Shown: piece after piece, positions 38,617 through 51,964 of the stretch
Layout: the number at the start of each line of letters is the position of its first letter
Numbering within the stretch: the stretch's first letter is position 1
From: Oikopleura dioica
Lineage: Eukaryota; Animalia; Chordata
Reading direction: 5' to 3'
DNA: 64,000 bases
Assembly: GCA_907165135.1 (NCBI GenBank)
Contig: OU015569.1
Location: 9,238,001 to 9,302,000 of the forward strand
Notes under the pieces: generated by a model
Database searches by the model: none
Seen by the model: only the letters and a program-made list of their open reading frames with translations
Told to the model about the DNA's origin: nothing
Made by a program: the position numbers and the translations under genes

Positions 38617-41600
38617 TTATGATTGAGAGTATTTATTTTTATAGAAGGAGCAAAACATCAGTGCTGTTTTTGCAATTTCCTGGTCTTCAGCTTTTCGTTC
38701 AGCGGCATAAATCGCGTCTCGTTTCTCAGTCAGCATTTTATCTTAGATATTTTTGGGAGAGAAACTTTCTTGGAAATCTTACCTTGAATCGCACGAAGCC
38801 TTTCAACACAACCAGTCGGCCAAATAAGCGATTCTGCCAATTCAACTCCATAATCTTGTCTTCTTTTCATAATCTTTTAAAGGCTCATTAGACCGGCAAT
38901 GATGCTGTTTGATTCATACTTAGACAAAATATTTTTTATACTTTTACTTTTTTTACTTTTACTTTATTCACAGGCATCACAAAGGACATTATTAATGCTT
39001 AAAGCACCCCGAGGGGCACACCAGAAGATTTTTAAATGGGCCTTATCTTCTGAAGGGGTCTCCAGCTTGTAACTTTAAAGCAAGTTTTAAAATATAAAAT
39101 TTTGAAGTGTCAAATGTACCACAAGTGGTACACAAGAATCGAATTTATCTCGACGCTTATAACAAAACCGGCACCTGTAGGAAAGAGTGATAACTTTTCC
39201 GTCTTCTCGTCGAATACGCTTGGCTTCGAATTCGCCCCATATTATCTTTAAATGTTCGAAATAATGCCAGAGCAGCGTTAATACCTTCTCAGATGGTAGA
39301 ATTTTCTTCAGTTCAGGAAAATGCGTCACGAAAAAAAAGTTGCATTCTGACTTGGCGAGTCGTTCGAGAAGAGCATATGCTGTTGATGCGCCGACGCCGA
39401 TGTTAGATACATCTTTTCCAAGTTCATCAATCAGGAGAAGGGAATCTTCAGAATCAATGACGTTAAAGTTTATCAATATTTTCTAAGCTTACTCTGCTCT
39501 GCTGCCGCCATGATGTTGCTTAAATCCTCCGAAAACGAGTTTGAAGAGCAGGTCCCAGAAATTTGCATTCTGTCCTTTCAAACTCACGTTATTGAAATTG
39601 TAAGTTATAACTTATAAGTTGAGTGTAATCAAAACTGAATTACCTGATCAATATTGCAACGAATTTGCTTGAAAACTTTTGTCTTCGAACCTTCAGACAC
39701 AGGTGCGGCGCAACCAAGCTGGGCGATTATCTTTAAAAATTTTAGATAAGGTTAAAGTCGCATAACTCACTTGACATACGCCAATTGTAGACAAAAAAGT
39801 ACTTTTTCCTGCCATGTTTGGGCCAGTAATGAGCATTCCACTTTTTTCTGGTGGAATGAATGCAGAATTTCCCACAGCTTTGTTTCCAAGAAGCCCGATA
39901 ATTGGATTTCTACAGTCGTTCATGTTTAAGTTGTCACCAAAAGTCGGAACAGACCAATTTTTCTGCCTGGAAATGGCACCAAAGCTATTTAGGGTTTACA
40001 TTGGCAAAATTATTTCAAAAATCAAATAATTAAACCCTAATCAGTGAAATAAGTCCAAGTTGGATATGACTTCTGAAATTCCATAGAGCAAATAAATATT
40101 CTCACGCCAAGTCGTCATGATTGGAAGCACTAAAAATATCGTATTTTTTACAGATAAAAGCGGTTACTTACAGATGGAGTAAGCCTCGCTAGCAATATCA
40201 TCTTCTGCTTCATGGATTCTTGCGTTCAGCTTTGATATTTTGTCGCTGGTCAAGCTAAGCTGGGTTTTCGATCGGTCAACAATCATCAGATCGGATAGAG
40301 AAGCGTCTCTCTCGAATCGTTCTTCGTTTTTCCGAGAAGTGAACATGTGATATCCTTTTCCGACGGTGTATTTCTTGGTAAGTGAAATACGATATCTGTC
40401 CGAGCATGCATTGACTTCATCGTCGAATTCTTTTAAAAGGTTTTCACGAATTTTTCTATTCAGATCAATAGCATCTGATTTTCCTGCTTTGATCGCGGCG
40501 ACGATGATCTCCCGTCTACTCGCCGTTTGGTTCTTATCGTTCGTTGGGGTCGCATCGAGGACTTCTTCTATTTTTTCTTGAATTTTCTTGTAGTCCTCAT
40601 TCTCCAAAGTTCTCTTCATCCGAGCAAACGCTTTGTGTTTAGATAATTCGAGAACCTGCTGAATCTCTGGAAGAAGATTTAGCCCATTGAGAAGATCGTT
40701 GCAGTAGCATACACACTGCATGCAAGTATTGAGCGATTCCGCTCGTCGTTCAAGGATGATGCCAAAGCCCAGCGTTCTTCCAAAATCTGGAGGGCAACGT
40801 CGAAGCACGTTTTCCAGCGCGAAGAAAAATTGATTATTTTCGACGATTTCAATGACCATCGACTGTCTATGCTCAATTTCGGCGACATTGCAGGATGGTG
40901 CAAGCAGTGAATTTCGCAAAAGACGTCGACCACTTGAAGTGAGGCAATAATCTAAAACTTAATTTACTATCCTAAAACAATGACATGGAATACCAAGAGA
41001 CTTGAATACAGAATAGTCCTCGTCTTTCGATTGCGAAGGTCTATTTGAAGTCACCAACTCCAACGTATCCGCTGTATTCTTCGATACAAAGGCACTATCA
41101 ATGCCGGTGTCGAATTTGAAGACGATCGACTCGTGATAAAGTTGTATTTTAACAGTAGCCGTTCGTTTGCAGAAATCAATCAGTCCTCCAATTGCTCTTA
41201 CTGCTTGCACGTATGGCCGAATGTCTTCAATCTTCATTGATAAGCCTCTTATGAAATGTTTAATTTAGAAGGAAAAAATGAACAAATTACCTAGAAGCAT
41301 ACATCTCTATATTCGCAAACGCACAATCAAAGTCGAATGCTTTGTTCGTGAGTGTATGTATTGTCGTCGTTCTGCTAATAACACTCCTAAGTTGATGCTG
41401 AAACTGGATACTTGTCCTCGGTGCCATGAGAATTAGACGCGGAAGGAAGATGTTTAGCTTCGCGAATGTCTTGTGGAAAGAACGAGAGTCTTCGAATTGA
41501 CTTGATTCTATAATAAATCCGGTTGGATCAAGAGCTGCGACTCCAACTTCGTATTTTTCTTTGCCGCTTCCAAAACAAATTGCCACTAAAGTAGAAGGTA

Positions 41601-42535
41601 CTTTTTACTTGGAAATAGAAACAGTACCCGCATGGCACTCATGATCTGTTGATTTCTCGCGAGTTGTATCCACATCCTCGACAGTTTTAGTTGTCGTTAG
41701 TACAATGCTCTCTTCATAATTTGATGCGTTAACAAAGCCAGGTGGCCGAATGAACGATGAGTTTTCAAATGTTTTCTCTATTTCTTCCCCTGCTGAATGC
41801 TGAGTATCCCCTATCGATCTCTGACGACTAAGGTCCCGTTGAGAGTAGACGAATCCTGTTTCCTCTTCTGCGATAGTCTTCAGCCTCTTCGTTTCGTCAA
41901 CCTCCGTAGTAGAATTTTCTGGTTGACCAAATTGAGAAGAACGTTCTTTTTCAAATAAATTACTAAAATGTTGTTAAGAACGAAATTTTATTGCCAATCT
42001 GTACCTTGTACTTGATCGCTGCGTTTCAAGGTCAAAATGATAGAAGGATTGAGACTGCTGTCGATTCAATCCACGAGATAATGAGCTTGTTCGCTGTGAA
42101 GCTTGATTGAATTCTGCCGCCATTTGTGATCCGAAATAGTTTCTCTGTCCACTTCCCGCCGATAACTGTGATCGTCGTTGACGGTCAAGCATTGCTGGGT
42201 GCATTCTTGGCGAAAAGGGGGCATTCTGTTTTTTGGATTTATTCAATTCTAAATCGAAATATTTTTCATTAATAATCGAGCCTATCCTGATATGGATATT
42301 GTTCATAGAATCTGTAGCGACGGTCAATTTCATCTGGAAATCGGTCTGCGGGAAATCTCTCATCGACTCTCGGCTGATAGTGATGCGCTTGATTGTGATA
42401 GTAGTTTCGGTAGTCCATATGATGATGGTACTGTTGGTATTGGTCTTGGGCTCGGTTGTAATAGTGCATTTGGCTTGAGTTGCGACTACGCGCATGCATA
42501 TCTCGGCGCTCCCGATGATGACCATGTTGGGCCAT
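38617..42535 (-). CDS. MSH4: MutS homolog 4 (meiotic MutS-gamma subunit); N-terminal extent uncertain
   Basis: GSGKEKYEVGVAALD...ESSQFEDSRSFHKTFAKL (MSH4-type connector, no mismatch-binding domain seen); ITGPNMAGKSTFL P-loop; SLLLIDELGK; FFVTHFPEL; DYGVELAESLIWPTGCVERL helix-turn-helix; stop TAA at 38617-38619. Confidence 0.85.
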
Positions 42536-43679
42536 AAAAGAATCGACAGTATCCGTGTTAAATTGACGGAGGGAATCTTCTATGGTTTAATCTCACTCAA
42601 TAACGTTACGAAGTTAGTGCTTGGGTTAGGGTAATAATGGTTACAATTTACATCTTGCAAACCATGACTGATTGCTCTCTTCCATATGAAAATCTCTCCC
42701 GCCAGTCCATGGTGGTTCGTATCTCGCTTATCTTTCAAATGACAGGCGAGTTTCTTTTTCTATTCGCATTCAAGAAAAAACGATCTCGCTTTCTTTTCGA
42801 TTCGAAAGTCATTTTCTATCTCGTCTTAGAAAAAATAGGTTATTTTTTGCTCAATTTTGGCAGTCTTAGACGAATAAATTAAAAATATCGAGCGGAACTG
42901 GGAGTTATGTCTAAGTGAAGGCGTTTCGTCAATAGTCGTCGATTAGAACACGCGGGAGTTTGAGGCAAAGTGAGTTTTTCCGTTTTTTGACCAAAGAACA
43001 AGGTGGAATTCGTCGTGTTTCCTGCCACTCGGCCAAAATTACAACCGCAAGCGAATTAAGTCATACTCTCTTTTCTCTAACTGCTACTTGCAGAAAGGTG
43101 CCCTTATCATTAGAATATATCAAATTGCTTCACAACACCGAGTGATAAGCTGCTATCGCCGCTTTGCTAAAATAAAGTACTAAACTAATCCGCCTCCAGT
43201 TGCGTTTGGTGAGTTTTGGAAGGCCTCGGCAGCATCGATTATCAAATTCCGCCACTTTACGCACTCGTGATAGTCATAAGCAAGTGCCCCACTCGACGCA
43301 TAGTAACAGCCGGCGAAATGCCAACCGACTCCAAATCCGTCCGCAGAGGAAAGTTGCTACTTGAGCAGATTCAATACTGTGGCCGCTAAGCGAAATCGAC
43401 CATTCTCTTTATTCATAACCCGGGAGACACGTTTTCAAGTCCACTTAAAAATTGAATCCTCGCTCCTTGCAGACATCAATTATATTTCCTATTTTGGGAA
43501 TGCATTTTTAAATTGAATGGAGTGTATCATGGAGCCAGTATCAAATTTAATGATAACATCAATTACGGGCTCACTTATGAGGAATTGAAAATGAAATTTA
43601 TTATTTACATAAAAACGGCAGATTTCTGTGCGAAAATTGTACAATGAACAGTTCGGAAAAGGGTCATTAAATATATTAG

Positions 43680-45711
43680 TTATATGAATAGACTGCTGTC
43701 TTGGCGAGAACTGCCACTGTAGCCAGTGTCATAAACATCGGATGCGTTTGAATCCACTTTGTAGAATCGGTTGTCTTCTGGCGGCTGCCGCAGCATCAAT
43801 GTTACAGCAAACTCTTTCGAGGCGTCAAGTGTTAGCTCCTTTGCGTTAGTCTTGGCCTTGGTGGAAGTTTGATTTGGGCTGAATCGCTTTGGGCAATAGA
43901 AATGGTCCGTGTTGGACAGGTACTTCATCTGGGAATATTGCTTTCGTCGACAGGTGATGAAAACAACGAGGACGACAATCGAAACAATGGCAATTACTGC
44001 AATTACAATCGCCATAAGAGCTTCGGGACCAACATTGTTCTCGCTTGCATTCCCTCCTTGCCCCGTTGAAGGCGCTGGCTGCCCAATACTAATCGTTGAG
44101 CAATCTTCAATTGACAAGTTTGAACTAAGAAAATTGTTCAAAATGCAGAACTGCCAAAGGCCATTGGAAAGTTCCAGCTGAAGGTTCTCCTCTGGATTGA
44201 TAACCACGGCGTTAGTTACATTAGATGCTATAAACATGTTTTAAAACGCGCACGAATTGATAATATATTAAAGAACAGTGCGAGCCGCTGTTAACAAGGA
44301 CCTCGCAAATTAATTTACAGAACAAGGCTGCTAAACGGACACTTGGCATCGTTTGAGATACTAACGCCTTTGAATATTCCATAGAAGTCTGAGTACTTAC
44401 AAAGTTCTTTGTAATGCAGCTCGTAGTTTGACATAGGAGGCGATTCTTTCCCCGAAAGACTAAACTGTAACGAGGCGAGATTTTCTATGACGCTGATGTT
44501 GGGCTTGATTGCTTCGCAAACGAGTGCATCTTCAACGAGAGTTCCGAGCTCAATGCTTTCGCTTCCGCACTGGATAGCGCCATTGATCTCGCTCAGCGAG
44601 GAGAGTTTTGTAGAAAAGTCACTAAGTTTTTCGTATAGCAGTCACATGTCCAACTATTAAAGCCCAAGTCGATTCGATCCACCGAAAAGAGGTCGTCGAA
44701 AGCATTGCGCTCAACCCATTGCAAGCGATTATGGGCAATATCAAGTGATCGTAAAGACTTAAGAAATTATATCAATTGTTGTGTAGAAATGAGTGTTTGA
44801 TAATTATGATGAATTTCTCGCGAAGAATACCTGGAAGCTTTTTAAACTGTCAGCCTTGAGAGTCATGATCTGATTTGCGATAAGCGAGAGCTCAGTAAGA
44901 CTTCGTGGAAGATCTGGTGGCATTGAGGAGAAGAAATTGTGCCCAAGGCGTAGGTCCTTCAGCTGACGGAGATTCTTCAATGTGTTTTCCTCGAAGCTAC
45001 CGTCTGACAGTTTGTTTTCCGCCAAACTCAGGACTGTCAAATTAGTTAATCGCGCCGTGGACCTATTCGAGATGAAGCTTATTTGATTCTGTGCCAAGTA
45101 CAGAGCGGATAGACTCTCGGGAAGTTCTTGCGGAAACTCGGTGAAGCTATTTTGATTCATCGAAAGTATCGAGAGCTTCTTCAGACCACGGAAACTGAGC
45201 GACGAGATTCCAAAAGTAGTCAAGACATTGTCGTCTAGGATAAGTTCTCGAAGCGAAGGAGTTTTCATGAATGCGTCGTCGGAAATTTTAGAGATTCTTA
45301 ACGGAGTTAAATCAATACTAACTCGTATGAAACGTTCACAGTTAAATATATGATTGTTTGACAGACTGACCTGTTTGTGTTCAGTCTCAATGTGCGCAGA
45401 GTGTCAGATCTGAGCGAAGGTATCTCAGTCAGACGATTTTTGTAAATCATGAGCGCTTCTAACTCCGTCAGCTTCAATAATCCTTCGTTGAGTGAGCTGG
45501 AGGACTCGAGTAAATTGTCTAGGGGAATAGATTGGTACGAATATGTGTACAAACTGCTACCTTGAAGATAGAGAATCTGTGTATCTGTTGGAATTCCGCT
45601 GGGCAGAGAACGTAGACCGCGGTCATTACAGTAAACTCGTTTTCGACTGTCGCATCGGCATTCCGGAGGACAAGCACCAGCAACAACCAAAAGAAGGACA
45701 AACACCGTCAT
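43680..45711 (-). CDS. FLRT: FLRT-like leucine-rich repeat / FN3 type-I membrane protein
   Basis: Signal peptide MTVFVLLLVVAGA, LRRNT CPPECRCDSRKRVYCNDRGLRSLPSGIPTDTQILYLQ, LRRs (LRELILDDNVL...LSALYLAQNQI...LPRSLTELSL), TM ALMAIVIAVIAIVSIVVLVVFITC, short cytoplasmic tail. Confidence 0.82.
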
Positions 45712-47438
45712 GGGCACAGAGTGAGACTTTATTAACGCATGCACTCGTCCTAAAAATACAGTAAAACCTCTTGGGAACGGGGCACAGTTCTGCATGATAA
45801 AGGAAATTCATTGCTTAGGATCAGGATTTGGCTCGGAATTCGACGCGTTATCTAATCACGTTCTGCAATGACTTCTTTAAACAGAAATATTTCAATAAAT
45901 AAAATCTCTATGTACGCTCCTAGCTGAAAACAAAAAGGATTAAATTGATATATTTTGATGAAATTGCTCACATCGCGTGAGTTGCAATGGATTAATCGAC
46001 CAACAGAAGGCTGTCGCACTGCCTAAATGACGGTATGTGACAGCTTTCGCCCCTTAAAGCCGTTCAAAAAAACTTTAATTATGCATGGCAGTCATTTAAT
46101 ACTATCTTCTGTCAAATCTAAGACATTGCCCTTTCACAATAATTTGCAAGCAAACTGCGAAAAAAGACATGAAACTGGCTATTGAAAATTCGAAATCGTA
46201 TCTTCGAAAGAAAAGTTCGTGGGGCATTTTTATCGAAGTCTGGGATGTTTATGTCCGTTCGCATTATCTTGAAGATGATATTGTCAAAACTAGCACGTTG
46301 CAAATACAGTGTAAAGGAGCACGTGGACGCTCTGGTAGTTCACGCTTATTATCTTCTAAACTGGCTTTGCTTAATGATGTAGCAATGGATATGCTCAACT
46401 TGCGGTATTGAATGTAATTTTGAATGTTCCGCTGCGTTTTACTGGAATCGACGGAAGCCATGTTATCTTTGAATGAACATGTAAACTGTTGCAATCAAAA
46501 GTTACAATTAATTTTATAATAAAATTTACAGTTACAAAAATAATTTATTTTTTGAGCCAAATTATTTGAATCGATAATGATGCCCGTTTTGCAACTTGAT
46601 TTAGTATCAAATCAACGAAAAAAACGGGTGTAAATGAAAAGAAAATAAAAAAAATTGATAAACTCTCTTGCTGTCGATTCTAGTGCACTAGAGTGAATCT
46701 GCTTAAGAAAGTACTCAAAATCCCTCTTTCACAAAAAAATGATTACCTTTTCAAAATTTTTCTTGCAGTTCGACGTTTTCAATAATCTCTTATCCAAATT
46801 TCATTTTCGTACTTTAGGTAGAAAGATTAAGATTGGGAAAAGCGGTAAAGAAGGATGAAGCGCTGTCAGAGCGCGGCGGAGCGGCGGAACGGCGGCGGCA
46901 GCGAGCGCACAGGTGCTAGTTGGCGCTACAGAGGTGGAAAGCTTCAATGCAACCGCAAGATACACTGTGGTGAGAATGGCACCAACCGTTCCTCTGAGTT
47001 AGTATTTCTGAGGTCGTGTCTTTCGGTTAGCTCGAAGCGAAAAAATCCTCCGTTTTAGAGATCATGGAAATCTCATTTCAACTAGTCCAAGAATCCTTTT
47101 TCTGAAAATCCTAGTTAATTTTCAATTTGTCAATATTTCCCCTTTTTGATAGAAAATCATTGAAATCATTAATCACATAGAATTTCAAGCCAGTCGCCAT
47201 CTTTGAACATAATTTTGTTGAAAAATTATTTATTGAAAAAACACTCTCAACCTTCTAAATTGGTTCAAATAATTCCTTTTCGTATGAAAAGACTATGAAA
47301 GAAGCTTGAGTATTTTTGTCCACATTGAGCAAGTGCTTGAAGTCCCTTAAAAATTCTTTAACGGCAATTATTCAATAAATTATTCACAGGCTCACTTTTT
47401 GGATATTTTTTTAATCACATGCAACCACAAACACTCTG

Positions 47439-50400
47439 TCAATAAACAGCAAAAAAGTTCTTCTTACACACGTCAGTCAATCGACAGAGCGTAATGATTA
47501 AATATTGAAAATGACTGCTGTAACATCGCATTATTTTATTTCCCGAGCTTGGCATGGTCGGTGAATTAATTCCCAAAGATTCTCTTATCAGATCGCGCTT
47601 CTGATTTTCAAAGTTTACATCGCGGCTTTTTCCGGTCCTTTGAGGGTCTGTACCGCCTTCACACAACTTTGATCGATATCGGGGATCATTAATCGGCGCT
47701 GGAATCAAAACTTGCTCAGCTGAGTTTGTTGCTAAAGAACAGAAAATATGTCCGTCTATGAGATCGTGTGTTTTTCCCAACACGCGCACAGTGGTCTTGT
47801 TTTATTTATCCAAAAGGTCGTATTTTGAGCAGTTACGTATTTGGCAGACTTTGGTTTAATCGTTTGCCAGTCGTTCTATTAATATTTGGAAACGCTAAAG
47901 GGATGAAAACGGAAAGGTTGCGCGCGCGGTGGCTCGTCGCCAACACTCCGCAATTTCGTATTCAGCGAATATGCCATCTTTTTAAATGCGAGAAGAAGAA
48001 ATCAAGCGTTATAGTTAGCATTACTGCGCCATATTTTTGGGAAAATATCGTCATATAGTTAGATGCACAAGTAGAATCATCAGTTCAGAAATGAATCTTG
48101 ACAATTTTTGGATATTCTCGTAAGATATTATGAAATACAGCAAGCGAATATCATACTCGGAATATGGGATGTTATATTTTTTTTAATAGATGCAGAAACA
48201 GATTTAGGGCTACGGACTGGCATGAAGGTAGCAACCCAACTATCGACGTAGCATGCGCTGTTGCGGATGCTTTTGAATAAAAAACGACGCAAAGTGCAAA
48301 TAGTAGATTGCTGTAGCTTTGCGCGTTGCCTGTTTCCGTATTTAGCTCTGCACATAATTTAACAGCTGAGTTCTTTGCTCCTTCAACTAGCAATATCGAA
48401 ACTGGGAAGCATGCTCTCAATGTTATGGTGATTATTTGCCGAACGCTTTCTTGGGCCATCTAAAATTTCTTCGTATTTCCATTTTTTATCACTCGGTTAT
48501 TGTTTCGACGATAACCGTCCTCTTATCTCTTTAGCTAATAAATACGGAATATTGTGGCTTTTTTGTAACTCGCCTGAAACTCCTTCTGCTTGGATTGAAG
48601 AGTTCTCTTCAGCAGAAATTAGAAAGAGTTTGCGGTTGCGAATCACTCCAGTGTTCCTTTTCTAAATTACTACTTATCTGAATAGCGCTGGTTAATGTTT
48701 GTTGCGACGATGGAGCTGCCATCTCTTCAGTGTGTACTATTTGATACGTCAACTTTACAAAATAGATCTATATTTAAATGTAGTCTCTGGAGAGATCGCG
48801 GAATGAGATGCGGACGGAAATAAAACATTATGAGAACGATGTGTACGCTTCCAGATTTGCAACATTTCCATTGATTCAGTAGCCAAGATCAGCATTTTCT
48901 TCTGCTCATCATCATCCCACGGGAGGAGCAGACCTTGGCTGCCAGACCTTCCTGTTTCAAGATTACTCAGAAATCATGAATGAAATCAAAACCGTTGGTA
49001 GTATTGCCAGAAATATCGAAAGAGTAGGTTGGTAACCATCAAATTGACCAAGAGTTGTATGATTTTTATTACGCAAACTCTTCGTTACAAGCCATCACGG
49101 ATCCGAATTAAAACTATTTATTCGGAAACAAGTAGGTCGGGAACTCTCTTTGTGAAAATAACAAATGTTACTTTATTGAATGCGCTTCTTCTTGCGTGAT
49201 TTGAGTAAAAACTCCTTGATCCGCAATATTAGACAGTTTTGGTAACGCTCGTTCTGCACGTGGAGAATCACCTCACAACAGTGGAGATCAAACAATCAAT
49301 TTTATTTTCATTCACTTTCCATTTATTAATATCCTTGTCAAATACACGAAACATTTTAATTCGCCTTTTTCCTCTCCCGCTCTGATCTTTGTGGCTGTTT
49401 CACCTTTTTCCCAATTTAGTCACGGGAATACAAGCCACATGAGCTTGTTGGATTGAGCCCAGGTTTGTTCCAGCGCCGATACCAAACCAAATAACACAGC
49501 TACTTTTTTTCAAAGGAAACCGTAAGCCCGAAATATTTACAGTGCATTCTCCAACACATGAAAAATTTCACTCTGAAAGGAGCGCCCCGCTTTGATAGGT
49601 TGTTTGGACGATGATGTGCTACAAATGAAAAGTTGTGGCAACAAAGTACTCGAATAAATCGCGCGCTTCCGATAAATTTCAAGACGGCGCACCCGAGGGC
49701 GTGCTTCAATACTTCATTTCTGTTTCATCCCAAGAGCTAGAAATAAACATAGCTGCTCGGGTGATCCGATAAACCTGTCGCCTTTCGTCATTCTAAACTT
49801 TCGCGAAATTAATTGCAATACTTTCGAGCAAAACGCCTGTGAAGCGCTTCTTCGCTCGTTTGCGCATAACTAGATAATGGTTTTGAGCAGCGCCTTTTCG
49901 AATGTAAATTTATGAAGAGGGCTGTATGCGATTATGCGATTCTTTATGCCAAAATATTTACAAAAGAATTCGCTCTACGCCTCCTGCTCGTTCTGGCGCA
50001 TTTACATCGAGAGGAATGAGCTTGTTATCGCCCAGCGTTCTGCAGCTGTGAAACAGAACTATTTTTGAAAACGTGAGAATGGCAACGTCGTTTTGAATGA
50101 TAATCAAGGTATTTTAATAAATTCAACCGTACATGCAATAAGTGATGAAGATGTGGTCCGGAAGAAGCCAATTTTCAGGAAGGTGGGCCTGGTTTTTATC
50201 AGTTGTTGGCACTCGGCAGGAGAATATTTACGAAACAACTCGCGCTGAAGACAGTGGAGAAAAGACGCAATGGATGGATATCTACTTTTTGCCAAAAATA
50301 TTTGTAACTTGGAACGGAGATCTCGCGCACCTGTTTGTACATTTTCGAATTGCGTCAATAAAAACATTCTGAAGAGAATCACTGTCACTCAAAGTTATAA

Positions 50401-50540
50401 CTTACAACAGAAGGTCGAATATTGCGAATAAGAAGATCGAACTGTAAGCTCGAGTTCTTACGACTTCGGAAGCGTCGCTGATTAGTAGACCCGTCTTAAA
50501 CGTTATCGACTCGGAACACCTGCATTAGTTGACGCATCTA
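47439..50540 (-). CDS. Probable uncharacterised multi-exon gene (model not resolved)
   Basis: A series of protein-like minus-strand segments separated by AT-rich GT..AG gaps, e.g. ARDLRSKLQIFLAKSRYPSIASFLHCLQRELFRKY (50200-50330), LPWDDDEQKKMLILATESMEMLQIWKRT (48840-48920), KRNTGVIRNRKLFLISAEENS (48600-48660). No family recognised. Confidence 0.35.
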
Positions 50541-51256
50541 ACCAAATTAAACACTGGAATTAAAGGAAATCCCCACTTTATCATATATTGTAGTAGGGCC
50601 CTTGCAGTGTAACGCTGAGCGAGGCGAATTAACGAGACCCAATTTCGATAGAATTTCATTCTTCCTGAAATCAACGTGCACCCGAAACCAACTGTGAGAG
50701 CTGAAAAAGAGTAATCGGCACCCTTGAGAGAAAGCCACGCTCTTTAATCTAATATTAAAAACCGAAATCGCCACGTTTAAAATTTTCTATTGAAGAAGCA
50801 AACAACTCTCCTACAGTTCCCCTTTGAAATCTTGCTAGCTTCTTTTACAAATAAAATGAGACAGTTTTAAAATGATTTATATATAATCTTTGGTGCTCAA
50901 AAATATACTAAATAGAAAATCGACGATGGAGCGGAAAGAGTTTGTCCCAAACTCGTCACTAAACTCTTTTCCGTCACAACAGCTGTTCACGTTTCACGTA
51001 ATGAGTCTAGAGACAATAGACACTTTTCCGCATTTAAGATCTTTTGATGCTGAGCTTCATTTCTATACTAATCATCTAAAGGAAAAGAAGATGAAAGACT
51101 CTGATCAGGAGACGTAGCGTAAGAAAAGTCTGGAGTCGTAGTTATTTTGCACAATAATTTATTTCGTCAAAAGACATTTTCTTTAAAAATAACACAAATA
51201 ACAAGTAGTAGAAGTCAAAGTGAAAATTCTCGGGCAAATGCCACGTTATTCGTCTT

Positions 51257-51964
51257 TCAAGATTCAGATCTCGTCTTTCCGTCGGTATCACTCTCGCCGC
51301 TGTCTTCGGGGCTCACACTTGGAGAAGCGTTTTTATTCTGCTTTCGGTGCTTGATTCGTCGATTCTGGAACCAGACCTTGACTTGCGTTTCATTAAGTCT
51401 TAGTTCGTTGGCAAGCTTGGAACGCTCAGTGCCGACCAAGTAATTGCATTTTTCGAAGCAACGCTCAAGACGCTCCAGTTGAATTGCAGTGAAGACGGTA
51501 CGATTCCTCTTCGATTTAGGCAGGACCAAGCTCGGCATTACACTGTTTGGCGAGTAGCTCGAAAAGAACGGTCGCATAGAAAGTGGTGGAGGAAGCAGTC
51601 GGGAAGGCAATCCCACAGTCACCGTTGGAAGCATAGCAGGTGGGGTCGGCGAAGTTTGTCGAGGCGATATACTCGGGGACGATGGTTTCGATAAAATCGC
51701 ATCGACGCTGTGCGAAATCTCGGATTTACGCGGTGATAATGGGGCTGAAACAGTAGCGACAGCAGCACTGTAGCTTCCATTTGGGAATGCACCTTGCAAT
51801 TCGTGTTGGTAACCTTCGTTCCTTCGTTGAAGGAGCTTGTTAAGCGAGCGCAGCAATACTAAGTGATGCAAGGTGTTGTTGAAAGGTTGAACAGACTCCA
51901 TTACTCGAGAAAATGCCTCTGTAAAAGGTTTGTTTTGTGTTAATTTGTGAGTATGACTGAGCAT
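51257..51964 (-). CDS. Not: Not-class (NKL) homeobox transcription factor, intronless, 235 aa
   Basis: Homeodomain [70 protein letters not shown] and RRIK fit Not better than Emx or Vax. eh1-like HSVDAILS. Confidence 0.8.
   Translation of the reverse strand: MLSHTHKLTQNKPFTEAFSRVMESVQPFNNTLHHLVLLRSLNKLLQRRNEGYQHELQGAFPNGSYSAAVATVSAPLSPRKSEISHSVDAILSKPSSPSISPRQTSPTPPAMLPTVTVGLPSRLLPPPLSMRPFFSSYSPNSVMPSLVLPKSKRNRTVFTAIQLERLERCFEKCNYLVGTERSKLANELRLNETQVKVWFQNRRIKHRKQNKNASPSVSPEDSGESDTDGKTRSES

Noticed and set aside
43190-43350. Protein-like minus-strand segment GWHFAGCYYASSGALAYDYHECVKWRNL
   Set aside because: Flanked by stops with no start or splice partners I could place; too short to support.
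48240-48290. USP-like Cys box (IRNSACYVDSW) on the minus strand
   Set aside because: Short chance-level match with no His box or continuous ORF.
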